The translations under genes and the position numbers were made by a program. Of a DNA stretch of 64,000 nt, positions 38,278 through 46,931 are shown in pieces; position 1 is the stretch's first letter; every line of letters begins with the position of its first letter. Under the pieces are notes generated by a model, which worked only from the letters and a program-made list of their open reading frames with translations, did no database searches and was not told where the DNA came from. The stretch lies in assembly GCA_965237725.1 (NCBI GenBank), contig OZ250151.1:3497283-3561282 (forward strand). Direction: 5' to 3'. Source of the stretch: Candidatus Spongiihabitans sp. GTDB taxonomy: Bacteria > Pseudomonadota > Gammaproteobacteria > Arenicellales > Poriferihabitantaceae.

Positions 38278-39027
38278 CTAGGGGGTCACTTTTACTATAA
38301 TTTTTGAGCCCATAGAATCGCCGCAGCCGGGAACACAGATAAATTGATCTGTCGGCACAAGGTTGGCGGTAAACTTTATACTTTTGCAAGATTTATTTCC
38401 GTTGTCCTCATTAAAAATATCGAATGCTCCCGTTACGGTCATTGCATCAGGGTCATACTCCATACTGAATAGGTCCACCCTCTCCTGATCATCTTCAATG
38501 TCAATACTCTCATCAATTCTCAAAATCGATGTGTCCACGAGTTTATTGTCTGGCAGGAGGGTAGAGCTTGTCTGGCCAGTGCATTCCTGAAACCCACCGG
38601 TAGTACTAAAACAGATATCGACGTCACCATTTTGGAGGATTCGAAATATGACAATAATGTTTATTTTATTATCCTGGCAGGCAGACTCACCCACATCATT
38701 GTGATAGCTGTCCAGTGCTGAGGCGGTTGGGATGACACTTTCCAGTGTAGCTGGTATAAGCCCTTCCAGCAGGGTATTGCCTTCCCACCATTTGGAATTA
38801 TCAGCCATATCGATAGCTTCAGTTGTAAATATGCCTAGAGGTGACATCATGGCATGAGCAGGCAGAAATACCGTATCAACAACAGGTTTTCGCCAGGTTT
38901 CTGGCAAAGCCTGGCTGCCCGCCACTAATCCGCCAGAAGCAACCAGCGACTTAAGCGCTGTACGTCGGTGGATATTTGGTGTGGTATTGGATTTCCCGAA
39001 TATTTTGTCTTTATCGATATTTCTCAT
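38278..39027 (-). CDS. exported hypothetical protein with the Tat-like leader shared with the 2648..2854 peptide
   Basis: HRRTALKSLVASGGLVAGSQALPETWRKPVVDTVFLPAHAMMS aligns ungapped with the small peptide's leader. The mature part is about 190 aa with 6 Cys and no family I recognise. Confidence 0.65.
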   Translation of the reverse strand: MRNIDKDKIFGKSNTTPNIHRRTALKSLVASGGLVAGSQALPETWRKPVVDTVFLPAHAMMSPLGIFTTEAIDMADNSKWWEGNTLLEGLIPATLESVIPTASALDSYHNDVGESACQDNKINIIVIFRILQNGDVDICFSTTGGFQECTGQTSSTLLPDNKLVDTSILRIDESIDIEDDQERVDLFSMEYDPDAMTVTGAFDIFNEDNGNKSCKSIKFTANLVPTDQFICVPGCGDSMGSKIIVKVTP

Positions 39028-39256
39028 AATTCTGCCTCAAATTCTGTTAACCCATTAGGTAGCGTTAAATTGTGCGGCAATTGGTTGATGCTGTCAAAAG
39101 ATTATTGGGAAATATTGGGTAAAAACCGATTAATACGGATGTTGAAATCCTATTTGCACAATTTTGATGTCCATATGCTGGTTAATCTTTTGCAAAAAAT
39201 AGTGTATCGTTGAAAAAATACAATTTATCTAATCGAAACGTAAAGAGAATCTCGAA

Positions 39257-39433
39257 ATGAAGCTTAAGAACGTGTTAAATATTGGAATTGCGACTGTCAT
39301 TGCCTTAATGTTTACAGGCTGCGCACCGGAGGTCGGTAGTGATAAATGGTGCGCCAACATGAAAAACAAATCCAAAACTGACTGGTCGGTAAACGAAGCC
39401 ACGGACTTTGCCAAGCACTGCCTTTTAAATTAG
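39257..39433 (+). CDS. small lipoprotein (DUF3012-like)
   Basis: 58-aa ORF below the track cutoff: MKLKNVLNIGIATVIALMFTGCAPEVGSDKWCANMKNKSKTDWSVNEATDFAKHCLLN. It has the lipobox LMFTGC, and the body matches my recollection of DUF3012. Confidence 0.6.
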   Translation: MKLKNVLNIGIATVIALMFTGCAPEVGSDKWCANMKNKSKTDWSVNEATDFAKHCLLN

Positions 39434-39499
39434 TCGTCGAGACTACTGTTCCAGATTCGTATTCAGGGATTGAGCCTGGGAAATTTAGTACGTAGTTGA

Positions 39500-40372
39500 T
39501 TAATTAAGAACGCTGGTGAGTAGTCGTCTGTATTTCGAAGCCAGCTCGCCTTTACCGCCGAGTAATTCAAACACCTTGATCAGGGTAAGTCTTGCGATGT
39601 CGTCCTGGAACTGCCGATCCTGTTTAATAATTTCCAATAACTGATCCATGCCTTCGGCGTATTTTTGTTCAGCGATGTAGCGCTGTGCCAACTCCAATCT
39701 GGCCTGCAAATTTGATGAATCCTCATTGATGGCATTGAGTAATTCAGACTCTGCTGGCAGGTCGTTAACCACCTGATCAAATTCGATTTTGGCCAAATAG
39801 GCCTGAAATTCCGGCGTTGATTTTCCTTCATCGGAAATTGCTTCAGCCACCTTGGCGGCATCAGTCATATTATCTTCCGCGCACAGCCACCCCAGTAGAA
39901 CAAGCTTCGGTTGATCGTTATCCGGCTGGGAATGCATCATCTGCACCATCAAGGCTTTGGCGCCATCGGTATTACCATTTTCGTATTCCGCCTGGGCAAT
40001 TTCAACTTCACCAGGGCCTGGCGCACCAACGTGTTTGTCGATAATTTCCCGAATTGCGGATTCCGGTTGGGCGCCCATAAATTGATCCACTGGCTGCCCA
40101 TCTTTAAAAAAGAATACCGTTGGCAAACTGCGGATTCCAAATTGCCCTGCCAGTTCCTGTTCCTGCTCGGTATCTACCTTGACTAATTTGATTGCGCCCT
40201 GGTATTGAACCACCAGATTGTCAAGAATTGGTGCCAGGGATTTACAGGGTGCGCACCAGTCAGCCCAGAAATCAACAAGTACCAGGGCTTCATTGGATGC
40301 TTCGATAACGTCCGCAGCAAAGGTTTGCATGCCTGAATTGACATGGTTTTCAGTGGTTGTGTTCATATACAA
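39500..40372 (-). CDS. thioredoxin-domain/TPR co-chaperone (YbbN/CnoX-like)
   Basis: N-terminal thioredoxin fold with WADWCAPCK, followed by a TPR-like helical C-terminal half. Confidence 0.8.
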   Translation of the reverse strand: MYMNTTTENHVNSGMQTFAADVIEASNEALVLVDFWADWCAPCKSLAPILDNLVVQYQGAIKLVKVDTEQEQELAGQFGIRSLPTVFFFKDGQPVDQFMGAQPESAIREIIDKHVGAPGPGEVEIAQAEYENGNTDGAKALMVQMMHSQPDNDQPKLVLLGWLCAEDNMTDAAKVAEAISDEGKSTPEFQAYLAKIEFDQVVNDLPAESELLNAINEDSSNLQARLELAQRYIAEQKYAEGMDQLLEIIKQDRQFQDDIARLTLIKVFELLGGKGELASKYRRLLTSVLN

Positions 40373-40433
40373 ATATTGTGGTTTGACAGGTTGGTATCTA
40401 TGGCCGGATAAGTCCGGAAAATTTCGTAGACGA

Positions 40434-40565
40434 TTAAATATTATAAATCAAATACGCTGATAAAAGTTTCCCCCCAATAAGAATTATCATTCCAAACAGG
40501 AATGTGGAAACAAAGATTCCTGCGGATGAGCGAATGCCCATTAGTACGCTTTGGCGAGTGTCCAT
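40434..40565 (-). CDS. candidate 43-aa single-TM membrane peptide
   Basis: Hand-translated as MDTRQSVLMGIRSSAGIFVSTFLFGMIILIGGKLLSAYLIYNI. An AGGAAG Shine-Dalgarno lies about 8 nt upstream. It falls between same-strand genes and is below the track cutoff. Confidence 0.35.
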   Translation of the reverse strand: MDTRQSVLMGIRSSAGIFVSTFLFGMIILIGGKLLSAYLIYNI

Positions 40566-40589
40566 CGAATTTGCTTCCTATTTGTTTTT

Positions 40590-40895
40590 TTAGTGAATTT
40601 CTTGTACCAGAACCCAGGGCGCGGTAACTACAGCCCAGAAGGTACTCTGATTTTCATGCCACAACCGGGCATCGTCCTGTTGCGCTTTTCGTACGCTCGA
40701 ATCATTTAACAGCGCCTCAATTTTTGTTTTGTCGTCGTCAACAAAATTCGCGGCGATGTCAACCAGATCCAACTTCGGATCGACAATCAGAATTAACCCC
40801 TGGGCGTAAAATTTCTGCAACTCTGACCAATGGATTTTCGCGGTTTCAAGATTTAATTTTTGCGCGGAGGTGAGAATTGGATCGTGGTTGGGCAT
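40590..40895 (-). CDS. DUF2288-like protein
   Basis: 101 aa. ETAKIHWSELQKFYAQGLILIVDPKLDLVDIA matches my recollection of DUF2288. Confidence 0.55.
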   Translation of the reverse strand: MPNHDPILTSAQKLNLETAKIHWSELQKFYAQGLILIVDPKLDLVDIAANFVDDDKTKIEALLNDSSVRKAQQDDARLWHENQSTFWAVVTAPWVLVQEIH

Positions 40896-40952
40896 TTGTG
40901 ACCTTGAAATTACTTTAGAGGATTATGGTAGGGTAGGATTTTATTATAGTTC

Positions 40953-41495
40953 TTGCATTCACTATACAACGATTTCCAAAATCCAATGACCATAAGTTTT
41001 CGATCGGCAAACCCTGAGGACATTGATGCCATGGTGACGTTTTTGTTTAAGCACGGCCAGAACCAGTGGAACTACTTACCCGAGGAAGGTATTGCCGCAG
41101 AATTTCAATGTTTAAATTCCGGGGAGGCCATTGCCTTTATCGCCGAGGACACCAATATGGTCGGATTTGCCATTTCCCTTTTGAGTCAGGCATGTCCGGA
41201 ATATCTGTGGAAATATACCCCGTTGTCTAAAATTATGTTTATAGCGGATGTGGTTGTCGGTGCAGACCACGCAGGGAAAGGCATTGGCAGTGAATTGTTA
41301 AAATTATCTATTGCACAATCCGTAACCCTGAGATGTGAATCAGTCTTTATCGAACGCCACGAAGAGAATTTGGCTTCCGCAGCGATGATGAACAGAGCGG
41401 GTTTTACGCTGGTAGAAACTTTTTACGATCCAGGTAAGCGGCATTCGGGGTCGCAAAATTCTTCAATTTTAAAAATTGAACATAACAAATCCTGA
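40953..41495 (+). CDS. GNAT-family N-acetyltransferase
   Basis: VVGADHAGKGIGSELL acetyl-CoA motif. The likely real start is the ATG at 40986 (MTISFRSANPEDID). Confidence 0.8.
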   Translation: MHSLYNDFQNPMTISFRSANPEDIDAMVTFLFKHGQNQWNYLPEEGIAAEFQCLNSGEAIAFIAEDTNMVGFAISLLSQACPEYLWKYTPLSKIMFIADVVVGADHAGKGIGSELLKLSIAQSVTLRCESVFIERHEENLASAAMMNRAGFTLVETFYDPGKRHSGSQNSSILKIEHNKS

Positions 41496-41529
41496 ATCAG
41501 TCCAGTTTTGTATCGCTGTACAAATTTTT

Positions 41530-42609
41530 TTATCGCTGTTGAAATGGAATTTCGCAATAGGGGTCGAGTTCGATAATTTCACTAATCGGTAAATTGCCAT
41601 GAGGGGCATAGGCCCAGCTCGGCAGAACCATGGAATAGGTTCCCATGCCGCCGGCGACAACCAGCATGATTTGATCAACATGTTGTAGTGCGCGAAAACC
41701 TGATTCGGGTTCCTCTGATTCAATGGCCAGGTCACCATAGATCGATTTCCCATAGTCAGAGGACATCACAGCAAATTCCATCATTTGTGCCCGTGCGCTC
41801 TCACGCGTGTAGCCCGCTTTGAAAAGAATCGTCGCATGTTCCGGACAAATCACCACAACCAGCCCACCGTTACCTCCGCGATAGATGTTGTTACTGCCGG
41901 GATTAGCGATCACGCCACCAATTATTTTCAACAAACGCAATGCATCCGAGTCGATGTCCTCGGTAGGTTCCATGATCAGGGAATGGGGCGCTTCCACAGC
42001 AATGACCGTAGCCACACTTTGATCAGCTTTGAATCCTTTGGTCACATGATAGGGCTCAAACGGCGATTCATGCTCGGCTTCGGCGAAACAGGCGGAGAAT
42101 TTTCCCGGTGTGCTGAATATGGCCATATCGCTGGAACCCGGCTTACGTCCGCCGATATTGATAATGGCCAGGGAAAGGGCCCTGCCAATGGCCGCGCTGG
42201 CTCGGTTGCCAGGGCCAAGGATGCCTGCACCCGATGCGATGGGGCCGCATAAATCCCGCGCCGGACCGTTTACGATGATTAATGGTGCAAGGCAGTGGGT
42301 GGTTTGATTGACCTCGGTCAAATCAAATTCCGGTCGGCAAACTGCTTTTACAGCGGCCACCACCACTGGAAAATATCCGGGCATACAACCCGCCATCACC
42401 GCAGATGCCGCAACCAGCTCTACCCTGGCCGCGCCCTGTTTAGGACCCATTTCACCCAACACCAAATCCGGGTCAAGGTCGGTGCTCGACATCATGGCTT
42501 CGATTCTTGTTTGCGTGGGAATGACCACGGGCAGACCATCGGTACAGCCCTGGGCGTGCAGAAGCTCGAGGGCGGCTTCTTCATCAGCAGCTTCAAGCTG
42601 CCTGGGCAT
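41530..42609 (-). CDS. conserved hypothetical protein (partner of the UGSC-family gene)
   Basis: 359 aa with GCTDGLPVVIPT near the N-terminus. Its start overlaps the upstream gene's end by 17 nt. Confidence 0.5.
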   Translation of the reverse strand: MPRQLEAADEEAALELLHAQGCTDGLPVVIPTQTRIEAMMSSTDLDPDLVLGEMGPKQGAARVELVAASAVMAGCMPGYFPVVVAAVKAVCRPEFDLTEVNQTTHCLAPLIIVNGPARDLCGPIASGAGILGPGNRASAAIGRALSLAIINIGGRKPGSSDMAIFSTPGKFSACFAEAEHESPFEPYHVTKGFKADQSVATVIAVEAPHSLIMEPTEDIDSDALRLLKIIGGVIANPGSNNIYRGGNGGLVVVICPEHATILFKAGYTRESARAQMMEFAVMSSDYGKSIYGDLAIESEEPESGFRALQHVDQIMLVVAGGMGTYSMVLPSWAYAPHGNLPISEIIELDPYCEIPFQQR

Positions 42610-43132
42610 TACTATTTTCCAGAGCCTCGAGGATATTTATGATTACATCATCTGCCACTGCGCGCATGGAAATTTCGTCCGTCCCCCAAATTGGATAGGG
42701 CAGTTGCACCCGCGGTGCGTCGGGCCAGCCCAGGGACCGGGACAGGGTTGTGGCCTGCTCCCAGAATATTTCAGTGACCAGAGAAACCGCAGGGCAGTTT
42801 CGGCTGACCAGCGCGATGCCATCTTTTACCGTTCCCGCGGTACACGAGCCACAATGACCAATTGCGCATATCGCGGCATCACATTCCTCAGCAACACGAC
42901 ACATGAGAGCATCATCAGCATAGGTAATTTTTCCGGTTTCGTAGTACTTGATTGTGGTGCCAGGTCGTGCCTGAAGCAGGGTGTCACCAACAATCTTCAT
43001 GAAAACATCACAATGCACAATTTTATTAATCACCAGGCCCACAGTTGCCGGTTTGCCAAGATCAATAGCAAGATTATAGACCTGTGCGGGAACCAGGCAT
43101 TGTGCTTCCGGGTTGATAAAAGTGACTGGCAT
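42593..43132 (-). CDS. UGSC-family protein (Cys form)
   Basis: 179 aa with IGHCGSCTAGT, i.e. CGSC where the selenoprotein members have UGSC. The family name is from memory of RefSeq naming. Confidence 0.55.
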   Translation of the reverse strand: MPVTFINPEAQCLVPAQVYNLAIDLGKPATVGLVINKIVHCDVFMKIVGDTLLQARPGTTIKYYETGKITYADDALMCRVAEECDAAICAIGHCGSCTAGTVKDGIALVSRNCPAVSLVTEIFWEQATTLSRSLGWPDAPRVQLPYPIWGTDEISMRAVADDVIINILEALENSNAQAA

Positions 43133-43276
43133 GATTATTTCAATATTGTATAGTCTGGATTATGTAGTTTGGCAATTTATTAATCGTGGTTAAATAACGT
43201 TAAGTGCTTGTATCGGCAATGGGCCATGCTACAAATTTTATAACAAATATTCAAACTAAATATACCGGATATCATC

Positions 43277-44113
43277 ATGAAACCAGAAAGATGGTCAAAT
43301 CCTGACCTAAAACTTTTTCCATATCAAGTCGGATTCACCGCGCCACCCATGGATTTTGATGCTGCACCCACGGATTTTTTGCGCATAGCGCCGGAGACAG
43401 TGGGTGTGCATGGGCGATTGTTACATCTTCCGGGATATGCCCACGAATTAAAACAACGGGCAAATAATTTTCATCTGCTCGAAGAAGTGGTGCATTGCAT
43501 GTCCAATTCAGGCGCCGATGCGGTAGGCCAGGTCGGAACCAACTGGGTGCATTGCAATGGCACCAGTGCAGACGATATTCGAAAATTTTGCCAGGAGATG
43601 GTGGATAAATATGAAACCCCATTTCGCATGGCAGGAATGTGTCTTGTCGAAGCTTGTGAATCATTAAATATTTCGAAGGTTGCGTTAAATTCGGTGTACT
43701 TCTGGCCGGACTGGCGGGATGGGGTTGTCCGATTTTTGAAAAGTGCCGGGTTGGAAGTGTTGTGGCATGGCAATTTTGTCGATCAGGGATTTTATGCTGA
43801 CCAGCAGGAAGTGAATGATGCGACCTGGATATTCCCAGGAGATCTGGCATTAAAATCGACTTTGAAAACCGCGGAAATGGCACCCGACGCTGAAGCTATT
43901 CTGATTAATGGTATGCCCAACTGGCGCCGGGCAGATGGTCTGCCCCAACGAACTTTAAGTCGTGTCAATGAACTGGAAGCGGCGGTCGGTAAACCGGTGA
44001 TTTCTTCAGATTTTGCATTGTACTGGGGGGTATTCCAGAGTCTTGGGGTTGCACCCTCCGGCAATCATGGGCACTTACTAACTTCGCTGCAAAAAGAGCT
44101 GGGCAACAAATAA
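43277..44113 (+). CDS. Asp/Glu/hydantoin-racemase-superfamily protein (maleate isomerase / arylmalonate decarboxylase-like)
   Basis: The length and overall pattern fit. However, the positions where maleate isomerases carry catalytic Cys appear to read VGTNW and INGMPNW. Confidence 0.45.
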   Translation: MKPERWSNPDLKLFPYQVGFTAPPMDFDAAPTDFLRIAPETVGVHGRLLHLPGYAHELKQRANNFHLLEEVVHCMSNSGADAVGQVGTNWVHCNGTSADDIRKFCQEMVDKYETPFRMAGMCLVEACESLNISKVALNSVYFWPDWRDGVVRFLKSAGLEVLWHGNFVDQGFYADQQEVNDATWIFPGDLALKSTLKTAEMAPDAEAILINGMPNWRRADGLPQRTLSRVNELEAAVGKPVISSDFALYWGVFQSLGVAPSGNHGHLLTSLQKELGNK

Positions 44114-44131
44114 TTCGAGGGTCTGGATTTA

Positions 44132-44788
44132 ATGAGTATTGATATTTACTGGATTAGCGGTAGCTCGCCCGCCTGGCGCGTGCTGCTCATGCTCGACTGC
44201 AAGAACATCCCCTATACGTCCCATATTCTGGAGAATTCCAAAAACCAGCAAAAGGAACCCTGGTTTTTGGCGTTAAGTCCGCGAGGTCAAATTCCACTGC
44301 TCAAGGATGGCGATCTTGTAATCAGCGAGTCCCTGGCGATTATGCATTATCTTGAGAAGCGCTATGTTGAATCACCCATGTTTGGATCAAGTGCAATGGA
44401 TACCGCGAAAATTGAACAATGCATGCACGAAATTTTATCTTATGTGGATAAGCCAGTCGGCGATTTTGTACAACCGGTGTTTAGAAACAAGGTCGAGGAA
44501 CATCGGCATACGCTGCCAGATACTGCTGAAAATATCGTAAAAGAATTGACCGCGCTGGAAACCAGACTGTCGGTGAGCAACTGGTTAGTAGGTGATTTTT
44601 CAGCTGCAGATATTATTCTTACTCCGACTTTCCAAAGGTTGCTGCGGGCAATAAACAAGGCGCCGGAACTTGCAGATGAAATAGGATTGAATGCACTGGA
44701 TACTCAATTTCCCAATCTGGATCGGTGGAATAACAATTCAGAAAACCTGCCAGCGTTTCAGAAAACTTTTCCGCCACACTGGAGATAA
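44132..44788 (+). CDS. glutathione S-transferase
   Basis: LSPRGQIPLL and ISESLAIMHYLE in the N-domain. The C-domain contains FSAADIILT. Confidence 0.75.
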   Translation: MSIDIYWISGSSPAWRVLLMLDCKNIPYTSHILENSKNQQKEPWFLALSPRGQIPLLKDGDLVISESLAIMHYLEKRYVESPMFGSSAMDTAKIEQCMHEILSYVDKPVGDFVQPVFRNKVEEHRHTLPDTAENIVKELTALETRLSVSNWLVGDFSAADIILTPTFQRLLRAINKAPELADEIGLNALDTQFPNLDRWNNNSENLPAFQKTFPPHWR

Positions 44789-44806
44789 ATACAGTAACGG
44801 GATAAC

Positions 44807-45673
44807 TCAGATCGGCTCGGTCAGGGTAGGGCCGCTGCCGCGAACTCGGGTCTGATGCATACGCCTGCGGTATCGATCCGCATCGTATCCACATCCTCGG
44901 TGTAACACGCATCGATTATCCCAGATCGTCAGGTCACCCGCATTCCATTGGTGACGGTAGATGGATTCAGGCCGGGTTGCCTCCTTCAACAGCCTATCCA
45001 GTAGCTTGCGGGATTTCTGATTGGGCCAGTCAACAATATCCCGCACGTGGGAGCCTATGTAAATATTTTTTTCACCTGTCCGGGGGTTTTTCCGCACCAG
45101 GCGTTGGCGGACGGGGCGCATAAAAGTGCGTTGCCCTTCGCTTACCGCATCTTCGCTCACCTTGGTCCGTGAATAGATGTAGTCGTGGATACCGATCAGC
45201 GGGGCTATTAAATCCTGGGTTTTTTCATCCAGTCGATTGTATGCCGCACGGCTACTGACAAACTCGGTATCACCCCCGCTTTCGGGTACCTCGTAGGCAT
45301 AGAGAATAGAATACAAACTGGGGTTTTCTCTAAACGAGCTGTCTGAATGCCACATCTCGTTTCCGGTTTGGGCATTTACCCGTCGATTTTTGTTTTTTTG
45401 TTGTTTCCCCGAATCATCAACATTGCCTACATGTCCGATGTAACCCACCTGCCCAAAACTGTAAAAAGACACATGCTCTTCTTCGAGTGGACCAAACATT
45501 TGGGTAAAGTTTAAATGACGCTCATCATCCAGATTCTGGTCTGAGAAAATTAAAATCGAATACTGGTTAATTGCATTATCGATGAATTCGAATTCAGCTT
45601 CGGATAATATGGCGGATAAGTTAATTCCTGATACCTTCGCGCCAAATTCCGGATGAATAGATTTAATTTTCAT
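44807..45673 (-). CDS. TauD/TfdA-family Fe(II)/2-oxoglutarate dioxygenase
   Basis: WHSDSSF (HxD), GGDTEFVS and WDNRCVLHR motifs. I chose the Met at 45673 (MKIKSIHPEFGA). Confidence 0.8.
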   Translation of the reverse strand: MKIKSIHPEFGAKVSGINLSAILSEAEFEFIDNAINQYSILIFSDQNLDDERHLNFTQMFGPLEEEHVSFYSFGQVGYIGHVGNVDDSGKQQKNKNRRVNAQTGNEMWHSDSSFRENPSLYSILYAYEVPESGGDTEFVSSRAAYNRLDEKTQDLIAPLIGIHDYIYSRTKVSEDAVSEGQRTFMRPVRQRLVRKNPRTGEKNIYIGSHVRDIVDWPNQKSRKLLDRLLKEATRPESIYRHQWNAGDLTIWDNRCVLHRGCGYDADRYRRRMHQTRVRGSGPTLTEPI

Positions 45674-45690
45674 AACGGTTAATTTATAAA

Positions 45691-46689
45691 TCAGTTCCAG
45701 ATCATATCCCAATATTGCATGGCATCATTCGCTTCATCGCTGTGTTCGTGGAAATAGGCAGCATGCTGATCGGCGCTGATGTTTTGTTGTATTTCTATCA
45801 TCCAGAATGCATCGATCCTGTTGGGAATCATCGAGTATCGAATATCGATTATACGGTTAGGATTCTCGGGATGGATAGCGAGAAAATCATCGGAAAACCA
45901 GCGAAAGCGCTCAACATCCCTGGCCTGTTGGGAGCTGGGGTCGAGCCACGGAAAATCTTCTTCAATTTCCAGTTTCTTGATTGCGTCCCCTGGATAGTGT
46001 TTCGAATTGATACCCAGTTTAAATCCATCCACATAAAACTGGTTATCAACCTCATAAACGATTTTCCACATTAAATTACTACCAAAACCTGGCTTGGCCT
46101 CCAGTCGAACCGGCTCGTGACCTCGTGACGCTGCCACTTCCCAGCCTGCGATTTCAGCTCGTTCCCGTTGAATAATGCCCAGACTCATATAAATTAAAAC
46201 CCATGCTGCCGCGATTTTGGCGTAATGAGATTTGCGTTTCATCGCTGCGGTGATGATTAAAACCAGCAGGGGAATAGTAAAAAATGGATCAATAATCGAA
46301 ATGGTATTCCATGAGACACGCACATCGCTAAAGGGCCAGAATAATTGGGTGCCATAAGAGGTACAGGCGTCGAGCAAAGCATGGGTTGCATAACCTGCGG
46401 TGCAGTACAGGTAGGTTGTCTTGAATCGAAGTTGCCAGCGTTTGGCCAAAAGCCATTGGAATACCAGGCTGCAGATCAAACCGCCGATTGGAATAAATAT
46501 CAGGGAATGGGTAAATTGCCGATGGTATTCAAGGAACATCATAGGATCAGTTTCCGAGCGGATAAATACATCGAGATCTGCGGCCATTCCGGACAAAATA
46601 CCGAGAAAAGTGGCAATAATAATATTACGCTTAGTTGCGCTATTTTGAGAGGCGACAGCCCCCAGCACACCCTGGGTTACGGGATCCAT
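45691..46689 (-). CDS. membrane-bound metal-dependent hydrolase (YdjM/DUF457-like)
   Basis: N-terminus MDPVTQGVLGA, with FTHSL and HALLD His motifs and several TM segments. Confidence 0.65.
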   Translation of the reverse strand: MDPVTQGVLGAVASQNSATKRNIIIATFLGILSGMAADLDVFIRSETDPMMFLEYHRQFTHSLIFIPIGGLICSLVFQWLLAKRWQLRFKTTYLYCTAGYATHALLDACTSYGTQLFWPFSDVRVSWNTISIIDPFFTIPLLVLIITAAMKRKSHYAKIAAAWVLIYMSLGIIQRERAEIAGWEVAASRGHEPVRLEAKPGFGSNLMWKIVYEVDNQFYVDGFKLGINSKHYPGDAIKKLEIEEDFPWLDPSSQQARDVERFRWFSDDFLAIHPENPNRIIDIRYSMIPNRIDAFWMIEIQQNISADQHAAYFHEHSDEANDAMQYWDMIWN

Positions 46690-46931
46690 ATGAATAATTT
46701 CAGGTAATTTCTATTGGTTTAAGGCTGCTGAATTCTACGGGATTCCAGAGAAGAAAAACGGGTGACTCGTTTTGAGTTGTGCACCCTTGTATTAGGGTAA
46801 TCATAATCTCTTTTTAACTTCACTAGTTGGCTATGATGTTGAGGTTCAGTTCAGTATCGGTTCGGACACCGCGATTTTTGTGGCTATGCTAGACTTATCA
46901 ATTTCCTGTTTTAAAACAAGGCTATCAACAC

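Noticed and set aside
39229-39414. 61-aa minus-strand ORF (TTG start) in the track
   Set aside because: The plus strand encodes a better candidate over the same bases. That candidate is a 58-aa lipoprotein with an ATG start, a lipobox and DUF3012-like sequence.
42308-43153. 281-aa plus-strand ORF spanning two minus-strand genes
   Set aside because: It is antisense to the UGSC-family gene and its partner, both of which have recognisable motifs and translational coupling. The plus-frame product is Ala/Ser/Arg-rich low complexity, as is typical of antisense frames.
43335-43883. 182-aa and 100-aa minus-strand ORFs inside 43277..44113
   Set aside because: They are antisense to the racemase-superfamily gene and have no recognisable motifs. 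The Pro/His/Arg-rich composition is typical of shadow ORFs.
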